Shown piece by piece: positions 1 through 11,023 of a stretch of 64,000 nucleotides of DNA. Every line of letters starts with the position of its first letter. The stretch's first letter is position 1. The translations under genes and the position numbers were made by a program. The stretch covers positions 64,001 to 128,000 of the IMG/VR virus record IMGVR_UViG_3300034122_002202, one strand, 5' to 3'. The notes beneath the pieces were generated by a model, which saw only the letters and a list, made by a program, of their open reading frames with translations, had not been told where the DNA came from and searched no databases. Source of the stretch: a virus.

Positions 1-4
1 TAAT

Positions 5-3000
5 TTGCAAAATATATTTGAAAGAGTATCAAATGGCTTGCTTGAAGTAAATGATTCTACACTAAGAAAAATATCTGAAAATCAAAAAGTTGTTAGTCAA
101 GAAAACGCTACAAAAGCATATGAAGAATCTGGTGGCAACAATAGTCGTTTTATGAAAGCCTTAAACACTATTAGTTTTGGACTAACTGGAACTGATGTAA
201 ATCAAAAAAAGTACAATGAAGCATTATCCAAATCTTCAAAAGAAACTAACGCTGCACAAATAGGGCCATTAACTAATGTTTTAAATAAATATAGTGAACA
301 AATAGGTAAAGATGCAGCACTTAAAATAAAATCTGGCGGTGGAGATATATCTACAACAAATTTTGAAGATATCAAGGGTGGATTACTTAAAGATTTGAGG
401 TCTTCTGGTGGCGGTGCAGGGGCCGAACAAATAGCTAAGATTGCTTCTGCTCAAGATATTAGCATTGCAGATGCAGAAAAACAATTTATAAAAACACTGC
501 AAGAGTCTTTCCAAGCAGAAAAAATAAAGTCTGTAACTACTAAAGCAGTACAAGAAAATGCAAGGGCTATAAATTCAATGCAGTCACTTAGCAATGCAGT
601 TAATGCTGCTGCTGCATCTGCCGATTCTTTTTCATCAAAGTTAGATACAAATTCATCATTATTTGAAGGTTCAATTGGATCAACAAAGCTAACTTCTTTT
701 GCAGAAAGAAGCGGTGGATCAACTCCCGATTTTGCAAAATTTAATATGGCAATAACTGAATCTGCTGGATTATTAGGTGCTTATGGACAAGAGTTTAAGA
801 GTCAAGGTAATGCAGTAAATGCAGCAAGTCAAATTTTACCAGACATTCTTGCACAATCTGTAGCTAATCCAATATCTGGTAAAGAAACAGCAACACAAAT
901 AACTGATGCATTAAAAGAAGGGTTAAAAGCAAGAGGAATAACAGGTGCTGCTGCTGATCAAGTAGTAAGTTCTGTTGGTGGAAAAGTATCATCAGAAGAC
1001 TTTACTAAATTGTTAGCTGAAGCTGGTGGCGATGTTTCTAAGGCAACCCAAAAATTATTATCTGACATTCGTGATCCACTCATAAGTGCATTTACCGAAA
1101 TAGATAATAAATTAACTGAAGCTGGAAATAAATACATAAGTGGCCTTGAGGATTTAGCAAAAAGACAAAAGGCTATTGGTGATCAAATAGGAAGACTTTC
1201 TGAGTTAAGAAGTAGGTCTAGATCTTTTGCAGCCAATGAAATACAAAGACTTCCTGGGGCACAACAAGGAGTAGCAGAAAACATAAACTTGCAAGGTGCA
1301 AGAAATGATTTTTCTGAACAACAACAAAGACTAACTGGTTTTGGTGCTGGTGCAGCAGAAAATCCTGCTGCCATAGCTTCTAGATTAAAAAACACGCAAC
1401 AACAAATAAGAGTTCAAGAAGAGAAAGTATTAAATACAAACAAGTCTACAAATGGTGGTGCAGAATTTAGAAATGCAGCATTAGAACTAACAAAATTAAA
1501 ATCTCAAGCATCTAATTTAAATGATGCATTAAAAAACCTTACTGATCAATCAAAGAAACTAGAAGCAGCACAAGCTAAACTTGCACAAGTTAGACAAAAT
1601 ATAGATGAAAAAAGAACTTTAGGAAGAAGATTATTAACTCAAAGTCCAGAAGAACAACAAAAAATGTTGCAAGGACAGGCAGTATTTAATCAAGTACAAG
1701 CTAGAGGTGGCAGTCTTCAAGGTATGAGTACTGAGCAAAATGCTATTCTTTTTGATTTTCTAGATAATTTTGGTGCTGCTGGAAAAAAAATACAAGACCA
1801 AATACTTGATGCTAATGGTTATGGTGCTGGCAAAGATGATAAGGCAGAAGAAAAAGCTCTCGTTGCAGAACAAGCTAGAATTTTTGCCCAACAAGAAGAG
1901 GCACAAAGACAGATAATAGCTAATCAGCAATCATTGCAACAAGACTATTTTAGTAATTTAGATTCAAGAAATGAAAAGTTTTATTCTGAGTTGCAAAAGT
2001 TTATTCAAGAGATGCAGAAGAACACATTAATAGCAGAAAAAGGAAAAGAACAACAAAAAGCAGCACAGATTAAAGATGTTCAAAAAGAAGGCAAGTTTTT
2101 AGGTGAATCTGGATTTAATACTAAAGAAGATTTTGAAAAATTAAATACATATAAAGGACAAGTTGAAGATTTAGCAAAAAACAAACAAGAACAAAAAAGA
2201 TTAGCCGAAGCAAATTCTAAGTCTATTAGGACTCGTATAAAAACAGATGATAATAATGTAATTACTAATACTACTGATATTGAGAGCGATTTAGTAAAAC
2301 AAGGTGGATATAAAGCAAGTGAAGCTACAAAAATAAGAGAAATTACGCAAGAAAAACTTTCTGAGGGAAATAATGCAAGTGATTCGTTAAGATTGGCAAA
2401 AGAACAATTTCAGCAACAAAGAGGGGATGAACTTAATGCACAACAAACAAAAATACAAGATAATTTTAAAGCTTCTGGAATTGAAGAAAAATTAAATAGT
2501 TTAGTACAAAAATTAGCTGGTAATGAAATATCATTTGTTCAATTCGATAGAGCTTTAGCTAGCGTTAAAGAACTTCAACTTGGAGTTGGTGAAGGATTAT
2601 CTACTGCTGCAATAGGTGCTGAAGCAAGAATAAAAGCTTTAAATGAAGCTATAAATGGACTTGGTGGAATTCAACAATTGCCAAATGCAGAAGCCAAACC
2701 TCAAGTTTCAGCTTTTGCTGTTGGTGGTTCAGTATTTAAACCAAGGGGTACAGATACAGTTCCTGCAATGTTGACACCAGGAGAATTTGTAGTAAATAGA
2801 AGTGCTACACAACAAAATCTACCATTATTACAATCTATAAATAGTGGAAAAACATCTTATCTTAGTGGTGGTGGAAAAGTTGGGTATTATGAAGATGGTG
2901 CTACTCCTGTTGAAAATAAACCACTTAATTACAATCAAGAATTTATTGAAAGTGATGAATATAAAAACGCTACTAAGACAAAATATTTGCAAGTAAATAG

Positions 3001-6000
3001 TTTTTCTGGAGATTTAGAATCTAAAGCATTTAAACTACAAAAAGATAAAACAAATAACGATTATTTAAAAGAATCAAATGTGATTTTTGGTTCTTTTAGA
3101 GGATTAACTTCAACTATAAATAAAGCTATTTCAAATAGTAATGAAAAAGAAAATATAAGTAAAATATACAGTAAAAACTTTACAACATCAGCAAATGATT
3201 TTATTAAAGAAAGAAAAGATATAAAAGAATTGGGTATTGATGGACTATACAATCATAATGACTTTGCTTATGATCTTGAACTAAAAAATCCAACAGCATC
3301 TATTTTAGATTTTTTTAATAAACAAGCAGAAAAGGATGCATCATCAAGGAATACTGGAATAAATAGTTTTGAAAGTCAAAAAGAAAAACTTAAAAATAAA
3401 ATAGCTGCAAAAAAATCACTAACAAATGCTCTTGGTGGAGGACTTAGTATATTATCTGGTGGAATATTAAATCTAACGCCCACTTATTCAGAATTTGACA
3501 ATTTTTTTCCAACCACTAAACTTGGTAAAAAACAAAAAGAAGTGGAAACTTCATCTAAAGATTATGTTGATTTTGCATTAGGAGTAAAACAAAAAGGTGA
3601 TCCAGAACAGATGGATTATACGCAAGATGTTGCTAACGCAAGAAAACAATTTGACAAAAGAAAAGCAGAAGAAAGACAAAAAATAATAGATGAACAACAA
3701 AAATTAAAAAATGAAAAAGAAGGGCAGTTTAAAAAAGACACATCAGGAAAATTAGACACTTCAAATGTTTTAGATAAACAAGGTGTTATTGCAAAAACAA
3801 AAGATATAGAAAAACAAAAAACAAAACTTAAAGAGTCAGGCATTCAAGGTGACTATGTAAATAGCGGATCAATTAATGAAGTAGGAGCACAAAATGTAGA
3901 TAAATTTATTAAAGAAAAGGGTGCAAAAGAAGACAATTATTTCTTTAGAAGAAAAGGAAGTCCAGAAGCTATAGCAAAAATATATTTGCAAAGAGAGGCA
4001 CAGGCACAGGCTATTATTGGAAAAATGAAGTTGATACAAAATGATCCAAATATAAATTTAGAAAAAATTGATCCTAAAGTTTCTTTTGCAACTGGACAAA
4101 AAGAACTTCAAAAATTAATAAATGGACAAGAAACAGCTATAGATAAAAAATCACTATCAAATATATCACCAGGACAAAAGAAAATAGTTGGTTCATTTAT
4201 AACTATGAACTCTTTTGAAAGTGCTGCAACTTCAAAAGGTCCAGAAATGGATTCATATATAGAAACATATGGAAAAGCCATAAATAAAGATCCACAAGTT
4301 TTAATTGAAAAATTAATAAAGGCAAAAGAAAAAAGATCTGATATTAGCGGTGATCCAGAATTTATAACTGCACAAGCACAAGGCATATTTGAAGCTTTGA
4401 TGTTTTTAGATAGAGAAGCTAAAGCCAATAAAGTATTTGCAAATAGAAATCAAATAAAAAAAGGAAAAGGTTTGCTTGGTGTTTTAGAAGAAAAATCTGA
4501 AAAAAACATTAAGTCTTTTACAAAGTTTGGAAAATTAAAAGGAAATATAGATGATAAAGGATTAGGGAATGTAGATTTTGGTGCAAAAGACCCTACGGAA
4601 GTAGACTTTAATACAACTAATTTTAGAACTGCTATTCCACCACAAAGCATAGAAGATATTAAGAAATTGGCATCTTCTAAAAATGGCATCAATAACAATT
4701 TACTTACGGATCTTGGAGCAACAGCAAGCATTAGCAATTATGGATACTTAAATTTTCCTACAGTAAAAGACGATGTTGTTTTAGGATTAGAAAAAGATGG
4801 CGGTTTGTTTAAAGTAAATTCTTTCCCAAAACAAGACGCTGAAGGAAAAACAACATTTGAAAGACAAGCAAAAATTGCATTATTAGAAAATAAAAATACA
4901 TATCAACAACTAGTGGAAATATCAAAACAAATCAAAGGAACGCCAAGCGTTGATCTTAAAGGCCCATCAGCAAATGTTCAAGCTAATCCTAATCAAAATG
5001 TTAATACTTTTGATCCAAATGGAGATCCAGCACAACAAATTAAACAAATACAAAAAGAAAAACAAAATGCAAAAGCAATAGAAGCAAAAGAAACAAAAAC
5101 AACAAGAAGAGATGTTAAAAATTTAAATAAAATTGAAAACCCTAGATTTAATGTTGGTCAAAGAGTTCCTACTAGAGATGAATTTCAAAACGACACAGTA
5201 GATTTATTTAAAAACTTTGTAGAACTTAAAAACACTCTTTATAGACAAAAATCAAAAGAACTTATTGTAGGACAAGATTCAGATAAAATAGTTAATACCG
5301 ATCAAAGCTTATATGAAGGAGAAAAAGAAGCTCAATATGGAAATAATCTTCTAGCATCTTCATTTAAATATTTTACAAGAGATCCAAATGCTCAAAAATT
5401 AGATTATAGCATAAGAGAAATAAGTACTTATTTTCCTATTGAAGAACCATACACATATAAGTTAAATAGGTATCCAGAACTTTTAGCAAAGATCGCTAAT
5501 TTTTATAAATTTGGAGAACAAACAGAAGGATCTCCAGAGTATGTAAAGTCTGTTGCTAAATTAAAAAATGATGCAGAAGTAGATACTAAAGCTTTATCTG
5601 TGTCAGTTCAAAATGCAAAGAAAATGGAAGATTATTATGATTCATTAATACAACAAAATAATCTTTTATTAGAACCTCCTACTGCACCAACACCAGTTGG
5701 TTTTGACCCAACAAGGTTTGCGACACAAAATAGTCAAATACCTATATATAGAGCAACTGGCGGTAATGTTCCATCATATAGACCAAATCCTAATCCATCT
5801 TACTTTAAGCCTAAAGGTACAGATACAGTACCCGCTATGTTATCCCCTGGTGAGTTTGTAATAAATGCTGGTGCTACTGCCAAACATGGCGATTTATTAA
5901 GTGCGATAAATAGTGGGCAAGATGTTGGGTATTCTGCCACTGGTGGTTTAATAGAATATCTTGCTTATGGAGACAATGCAACTAGCTTTAACAAGCGATT

Positions 6001-7204
6001 AAAAAATGCTGGCATTACTCAAAAAGGAATGATGGAAGCAATTCAATCTGGTGATCAGCAGCAGATATATGAAATGAATCTTAAAGCAGGAGATGCACAG
6101 AGAAATAGTAGAAATGAAGCTCTTAGTAAAAATCTTGAAAAGCAACTTGGATTTAATTTCTTTAAGGGATCAGATGCTAATAAAAAAAGAGGCGTAGAAA
6201 GAATTGGAGATGCAGGAAACTATGGTGAAGGACCACAAGAGGTTGGTTCATATGCAATAGAAACTAAACCAATACAAATAGCAAAAATTGAAGCACAAGC
6301 ACAAAAAAAACAAAAATCGCAACAACAAATGACTATGCCATTACGCCCACCTACTCAACAAACAACAACAACTCCACCAGATCCAAAAGATAAGAAACCA
6401 GATACCACAGGTGCAGCAACAACAACACAAACACAAAGTATAGGGGAAATAGAACAGTTAAAAGCCAAGATGGCAGCATTACAAGAACAACAGGATGCTA
6501 TGGCCAATGAAGAATTATACTTTTTTAAAGGTGGAATGCCAACATCTAGTTCTGACACTATTCCAGCCATGTTAACTCCAGGTGAGTTTGTCGTTAACGC
6601 AAGATCATCATCTAAGAACGCATCTTTGTTACACGCAATAAATACTGGAAAAGATGTTGAAGGCTTTGCAAATGGTGGTACTGTTGGTTATTATGCTGGA
6701 GGAAAAACAGGTGGTGGAGGAAAAACATCTAGCTTACTTTTGCAAGCTGCAATAACATTTAATAATGGAACATCAAGATTTGATGCTGCTATATCAAGAA
6801 TGAACAGGCCTGATGGCGGTTCTAACAATAACAATCAAATAAACATAGCAAAGTCTAGTTTTGAAGAACTTTCAAGAATATTAAAAACTGAAATAAAAAT
6901 AGGATCAGGACCAATAGACAAATTTAATAATGCAGTTACACAATTTGGTACAAACTTAACAGGATTTAACAGTGGATTTAGTTCATCATTAGAAAAATTT
7001 AAAACATATGCAGATGAATTAAATGCTGCAATAAGTAGAATACCAGGAACATTAAACTTACAAATAATTGGAAACTTAAATGCTTCTTTAAATGTTAGTT
7101 TTGATGTAAATAGTGTTTATATGGCAGTAACAGATGCTACCACATCCCTAAAAGGATGGATAACTAGTGAAATAAGTAGGCAAATAACAGATGAAATGGC
7201 TTAG
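5..7204 (+). CDS. Tape measure protein, C-terminal part (5' end outside window)
   Basis: >2399 aa, Ala/Gln/Lys-rich helical and coiled-coil sequence; three copies of the (G)TDT(V/I)PAML(T/S)PGEFV motif typical of phage tape-measure C-termini; followed by tail-like genes. Confidence 0.85.
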   Translation: MQNIFERVSNGLLEVNDSTLRKISENQKVVSQENATKAYEESGGNNSRFMKALNTISFGLTGTDVNQKKYNEALSKSSKETNAAQIGPLTNVLNKYSEQIGKDAALKIKSGGGDISTTNFEDIKGGLLKDLRSSGGGAGAEQIAKIASAQDISIADAEKQFIKTLQESFQAEKIKSVTTKAVQENARAINSMQSLSNAVNAAAASADSFSSKLDTNSSLFEGSIGSTKLTSFAERSGGSTPDFAKFNMAITESAGLLGAYGQEFKSQGNAVNAASQILPDILAQSVANPISGKETATQITDALKEGLKARGITGAAADQVVSSVGGKVSSEDFTKLLAEAGGDVSKATQKLLSDIRDPLISAFTEIDNKLTEAGNKYISGLEDLAKRQKAIGDQIGRLSELRSRSRSFAANEIQRLPGAQQGVAENINLQGARNDFSEQQQRLTGFGAGAAENPAAIASRLKNTQQQIRVQEEKVLNTNKSTNGGAEFRNAALELTKLKSQASNLNDALKNLTDQSKKLEAAQAKLAQVRQNIDEKRTLGRRLLTQSPEEQQKMLQGQAVFNQVQARGGSLQGMSTEQNAILFDFLDNFGAAGKKIQDQILDANGYGAGKDDKAEEKALVAEQARIFAQQEEAQRQIIANQQSLQQDYFSNLDSRNEKFYSELQKFIQEMQKNTLIAEKGKEQQKAAQIKDVQKEGKFLGESGFNTKEDFEKLNTYKGQVEDLAKNKQEQKRLAEANSKSIRTRIKTDDNNVITNTTDIESDLVKQGGYKASEATKIREITQEKLSEGNNASDSLRLAKEQFQQQRGDELNAQQTKIQDNFKASGIEEKLNSLVQKLAGNEISFVQFDRALASVKELQLGVGEGLSTAAIGAEARIKALNEAINGLGGIQQLPNAEAKPQVSAFAVGGSVFKPRGTDTVPAMLTPGEFVVNRSATQQNLPLLQSINSGKTSYLSGGGKVGYYEDGATPVENKPLNYNQEFIESDEYKNATKTKYLQVNSFSGDLESKAFKLQKDKTNNDYLKESNVIFGSFRGLTSTINKAISNSNEKENISKIYSKNFTTSANDFIKERKDIKELGIDGLYNHNDFAYDLELKNPTASILDFFNKQAEKDASSRNTGINSFESQKEKLKNKIAAKKSLTNALGGGLSILSGGILNLTPTYSEFDNFFPTTKLGKKQKEVETSSKDYVDFALGVKQKGDPEQMDYTQDVANARKQFDKRKAEERQKIIDEQQKLKNEKEGQFKKDTSGKLDTSNVLDKQGVIAKTKDIEKQKTKLKESGIQGDYVNSGSINEVGAQNVDKFIKEKGAKEDNYFFRRKGSPEAIAKIYLQREAQAQAIIGKMKLIQNDPNINLEKIDPKVSFATGQKELQKLINGQETAIDKKSLSNISPGQKKIVGSFITMNSFESAATSKGPEMDSYIETYGKAINKDPQVLIEKLIKAKEKRSDISGDPEFITAQAQGIFEALMFLDREAKANKVFANRNQIKKGKGLLGVLEEKSEKNIKSFTKFGKLKGNIDDKGLGNVDFGAKDPTEVDFNTTNFRTAIPPQSIEDIKKLASSKNGINNNLLTDLGATASISNYGYLNFPTVKDDVVLGLEKDGGLFKVNSFPKQDAEGKTTFERQAKIALLENKNTYQQLVEISKQIKGTPSVDLKGPSANVQANPNQNVNTFDPNGDPAQQIKQIQKEKQNAKAIEAKETKTTRRDVKNLNKIENPRFNVGQRVPTRDEFQNDTVDLFKNFVELKNTLYRQKSKELIVGQDSDKIVNTDQSLYEGEKEAQYGNNLLASSFKYFTRDPNAQKLDYSIREISTYFPIEEPYTYKLNRYPELLAKIANFYKFGEQTEGSPEYVKSVAKLKNDAEVDTKALSVSVQNAKKMEDYYDSLIQQNNLLLEPPTAPTPVGFDPTRFATQNSQIPIYRATGGNVPSYRPNPNPSYFKPKGTDTVPAMLSPGEFVINAGATAKHGDLLSAINSGQDVGYSATGGLIEYLAYGDNATSFNKRLKNAGITQKGMMEAIQSGDQQQIYEMNLKAGDAQRNSRNEALSKNLEKQLGFNFFKGSDANKKRGVERIGDAGNYGEGPQEVGSYAIETKPIQIAKIEAQAQKKQKSQQQMTMPLRPPTQQTTTTPPDPKDKKPDTTGAATTTQTQSIGEIEQLKAKMAALQEQQDAMANEELYFFKGGMPTSSSDTIPAMLTPGEFVVNARSSSKNASLLHAINTGKDVEGFANGGTVGYYAGGKTGGGGKTSSLLLQAAITFNNGTSRFDAAISRMNRPDGGSNNNNQINIAKSSFEELSRILKTEIKIGSGPIDKFNNAVTQFGTNLTGFNSGFSSSLEKFKTYADELNAAISRIPGTLNLQIIGNLNASLNVSFDVNSVYMAVTDATTSLKGWITSEISRQITDEMA

Positions 7205-7213
7205 GGTATAAAA

Positions 7214-8266
7214 ATGGCAAATTATATTATTACTGGTGCTGGCAGCGGTGGAAATTTTAATGGCACATTTGTGTTTGTTAGCGGTTACTTATATGAAAAT
7301 AGCGTAGATTCAAATTACACACTAGATTATGACTCAGGACTATCTCAATGGGTTATTCGTTATCTTTCAGATGTTTATTATTATAATACCGCAAGTGCAG
7401 GAAGCCCACCACTATCTGGATGGTTTGTATCATTAGGTTTGCCATTAGCACCAACAATAATACTGATTCCACCAAAAAACATATTTAATACAAAAAATTT
7501 ATTTTTAAAATCTGCTTTTGAAAATAATGTTTCTTTATATATAAAATCATCTTTATTTAGTGCTAATTTATTACCTCTATATTTAGAAGCACACACACAA
7601 AAAGAAACAGAATTATATATAAAATCTTTTCCTCAAAGTTCAATTAATTTATTTATAAAATATTGGTATGAATATCAAGATAGTCAAGAGCTTTATATAA
7701 AAGCATTTATGGAATCGAGTAAAAGTTTATATATATCTAGTTTGGCTACACCTTTAGCAAATACTAATATAGATTTTAATATTTATGGCTCAACAGTAGA
7801 CACACAAATAAATGTTGTTGATCTATATATAAGTAGCATTACACAAAAGAATTTTGAATTATTTTTAAAGGTCAGCAATATAGGCAATAGTACAAATTTT
7901 ATTAATTTCTTTATTGATGGCAGTTTTGAAAATTTAAAAATGTTTGAAAGTTTAAATCTTTATTTGAGCAACGAATATAAATCAGTTTATAATTCATTAA
8001 ACATAACAATAATTGGTCTTGGAACTACATTTAATGGAATACCAAATAATTCATCTATGAACATGTTTATACAAAGAAATATTGAGGCAACTTGGAATTC
8101 TGTTCCTTTAATCGCTTATGGTGCTTCTCCTGCAATAACTAGCAGTATTGACTTTAATATATATACAAAAGATACTTATTTTGATTCAATAGAGTTAGTA
8201 ATTCCAGAAATAAATCAACCATTTAATGGTAATGTAGAATTATACACTCATGGTTTTGAGGATTAA
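7214..8266 (+). CDS. Putative virion/tail protein with short LYIK-type repeats
   Basis: Directly downstream of TMP; repeated 'LYIKS/LFIK/LYISS' beta units. Confidence 0.55.
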   Translation: MANYIITGAGSGGNFNGTFVFVSGYLYENSVDSNYTLDYDSGLSQWVIRYLSDVYYYNTASAGSPPLSGWFVSLGLPLAPTIILIPPKNIFNTKNLFLKSAFENNVSLYIKSSLFSANLLPLYLEAHTQKETELYIKSFPQSSINLFIKYWYEYQDSQELYIKAFMESSKSLYISSLATPLANTNIDFNIYGSTVDTQINVVDLYISSITQKNFELFLKVSNIGNSTNFINFFIDGSFENLKMFESLNLYLSNEYKSVYNSLNITIIGLGTTFNGIPNNSSMNMFIQRNIEATWNSVPLIAYGASPAITSSIDFNIYTKDTYFDSIELVIPEINQPFNGNVELYTHGFED

Positions 8267-8268
8267 AT

Positions 8269-9648
8269 ATGGCTGGAACATTAACTGATCCAATTCAATC
8301 TTTTTCTATTGCAGAAGATGTTCAATTCTATGAAAATGGAAAAGCAAAGCTATATTTATTTAACATATCTGTATCAGCAAAAATTGTAGCAAGTCAAACA
8401 TTATCTATAGAAAATAAAAAAGCATTCATTCTTGCAAGACAAACAGCAATAATGAATCAGTTCAAAGATTATTCAAACGCATCTGCTAAATATTTTGAAG
8501 TTCAACCAAGAGATGGAACAGCCCCATTTAAGTTTCTTCCTAGAGTTAAAAGCATTAGCTTTAAAGAAGATGTGTGGGTTAATTTTTGTGATTATACAAT
8601 TGAGATGGAAGCTGATGAGATACATATTGGAAAAGCTGATGGAACTAGTTTAAAAGTTCCAAGTTCAACAGTAAACCCATCAGATATAGATGAATCTTGG
8701 AGCACTGAATATAACCAAGAGGATTTGAGGTTAACTAAGGTTGTTCATAAAATTTCAGCAAAATCAAAATCTGTTGGTGCAAAAAAAGGTTGGGAAATAT
8801 CAAAAACAGAAGTTTTAAAAAAGATAGATGCTTTAATTCCTACAGATATACAGAAAGCTTCTACTTCTATAAGTACTTATGAAGCTACTTATGCCAATCC
8901 TTGCAATAAATTAATTAGTTATAATGTTAATCCAAACAATGGTGAGTTTTCTGCCGAAATAAATCTTGTTTATCATGATTCTACAATTTTTAATTCTGAA
9001 TTAGATCAAGATGCCTATGCTTATCATGAACAAACAGTGACAGACAAATCAACGACTGAAAGCTTAAGAGAAAGTTTAAGTATTGAAGGAACAATAACTG
9101 GACTTAATGCATTATCAAGTGGAGATAGATATGCTGCTGCTAATACTTTATGGACAACTGTAAAGACAGCACTAGATACAAAATATTTAGCCTTAACCAT
9201 ATTGTCATTTTCAGAAACCAAAGATTTAGAAAAAGGAATCATTACTTATAATTATGAAATTGAAAATATAAAAAGACCAACTGGATTTAAAAGTGAATCT
9301 ATAAGCGTAACTCTTTTTAATCCAAAGGCAGAATCACTTAAAAATTATGTTATTCATAATACAATATATGGAACTTCTGGACCAATATTTCAAGATATTA
9401 ATACAAAAAAAGTAAGAACTATGTCTGTAACAATAGAAAGAATTGGAACTGAGGCTACTCCAGATACATTAACTGGATATCAACCAACAGGAAGTGTTAT
9501 TGAATCAGACTCTATTAACTTTACTGCACAAAATAAAAAAATATCAAGAACAACAACATTTATGTGGGCAGATGATTCTATACAAGATTTTCCAACTGCT
9601 CCTGCCGTTAATTTTGCCGTGTTAAAAACTGCAATACCAAGACCATAA
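8269..9648 (+). CDS. Putative tail protein (paralog of 9661-11016)
   Basis: Beta-rich, tail gene position; shares DE(S/T)WS, (E/Q)GTITG, GPIxQ..TKK motifs with next ORF. Confidence 0.6.
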   Translation: MAGTLTDPIQSFSIAEDVQFYENGKAKLYLFNISVSAKIVASQTLSIENKKAFILARQTAIMNQFKDYSNASAKYFEVQPRDGTAPFKFLPRVKSISFKEDVWVNFCDYTIEMEADEIHIGKADGTSLKVPSSTVNPSDIDESWSTEYNQEDLRLTKVVHKISAKSKSVGAKKGWEISKTEVLKKIDALIPTDIQKASTSISTYEATYANPCNKLISYNVNPNNGEFSAEINLVYHDSTIFNSELDQDAYAYHEQTVTDKSTTESLRESLSIEGTITGLNALSSGDRYAAANTLWTTVKTALDTKYLALTILSFSETKDLEKGIITYNYEIENIKRPTGFKSESISVTLFNPKAESLKNYVIHNTIYGTSGPIFQDINTKKVRTMSVTIERIGTEATPDTLTGYQPTGSVIESDSINFTAQNKKISRTTTFMWADDSIQDFPTAPAVNFAVLKTAIPRP

Positions 9649-9660
9649 CAGGAACATTAT

Positions 9661-11016
9661 ATGCCTACAAATTCCCCATTTTATACGCCTAGAGAACCAC
9701 TAATACCAAATAGTATGGCTATGACATTAAATGAAATGGAATTAATACCAACTCCATTAATGACCATTAGTCAACAATCAGAATTTAAAGAAAATGGGGA
9801 AGTAAAAACAATCACAAGGCAAGTAGAATTGAAAGGAAAAATTTTAGCTGTTGATCCAGTACAAGGAGAACAAGAACCAATTGGAGCAACGCCATTAGAT
9901 ATAGATAAAAAAAAGTTGAGTTTACTCAGAAATAAAATAGCAAATTTAGAATCAGTATTAGTTCATGACATAAATAATATAAATATAACAACACCAATAG
10001 TTGGACCAAATTTATCTCAATTGCCAAACTTAACTGAAAAATTTAAATTAAAATCAAAAAACTTTCAAATTAACGAAGCAAGTTTAATATGCGATTATAC
10101 GATATCCTTAGAGCAGATAGTTTTAGACACACAAGAACCAGATGAAACTTGGTCATTAGATCCAGCAGATGAATATGGAAGATTTGTAAAAATAAATAGA
10201 ACTAGAAGTATACAAGTAAAAAGCATAGAAACTGAAGATCCAACAGAAATAGATTATAACTTAGCAATTAAAAAATTAAAACCATCTACTTCAATTGTAG
10301 ATGCCTCTACATATTTAACTGTTCCAACAGGTGGGCTTTATAATAAAACAACTAGTTATTCAGTAAATACTTATAAGAATAGTGTAGAGTGCAATGAATC
10401 TTGGATTATATCAACTAATCCATATGTAATAGAACAAACAACAACCACTAAAGAATCTTCTGAATCTATATATAAATCTGCAAGTTTGCAAGGAACTATA
10501 ACTGGATATGAAGGAGAAGGAAAGACAAAGTATGCTAATGCGGAAGATAAATTAAAAGCAATTAAAAAAGCTAACCCTTGGGAAATAGGTAAGACATACA
10601 CTATTGGATCAATAACTGGTAAAGTAAAGTCTATTTCTGAAGGAACAAATAAAATATCTGGAGTAATAACCTTTTCTGTAGATATTTCTGAAGGTATAGA
10701 AGAGACAGGAGAAAGAACAAAGTCTATTACTTGGACAGATACGCCACCCTTAATTAATTTTGTTTCAATTGTAGCAATTGGTAAACCAGAAGGTCCAATT
10801 ATACAAAAATTAACAACAAAAAAAAATGGTGTTAAAACTGTAAATGTAGAGGTATTATACAATGAACCAGTTGATTCTCTTGGAAAAATAAAAATTCCGA
10901 CAGATGTTGATAGCTACAAACCAAATTCAACAGATATGTTTCTTGAAAAAGATGATGTGACTTATGATTATAAAACTGGTAAAATAACTCGTTCTGTAGT
11001 TTGGAATTACAACTAG
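9661..11016 (+). CDS. Putative tail protein (paralog of 8269-9648)
   Basis: Same motif order and similar length (451 vs 459 aa). Confidence 0.6.
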   Translation: MPTNSPFYTPREPLIPNSMAMTLNEMELIPTPLMTISQQSEFKENGEVKTITRQVELKGKILAVDPVQGEQEPIGATPLDIDKKKLSLLRNKIANLESVLVHDINNINITTPIVGPNLSQLPNLTEKFKLKSKNFQINEASLICDYTISLEQIVLDTQEPDETWSLDPADEYGRFVKINRTRSIQVKSIETEDPTEIDYNLAIKKLKPSTSIVDASTYLTVPTGGLYNKTTSYSVNTYKNSVECNESWIISTNPYVIEQTTTTKESSESIYKSASLQGTITGYEGEGKTKYANAEDKLKAIKKANPWEIGKTYTIGSITGKVKSISEGTNKISGVITFSVDISEGIEETGERTKSITWTDTPPLINFVSIVAIGKPEGPIIQKLTTKKNGVKTVNVEVLYNEPVDSLGKIKIPTDVDSYKPNSTDMFLEKDDVTYDYKTGKITRSVVWNYN

Positions 11017-11023
11017 GTGAAAA

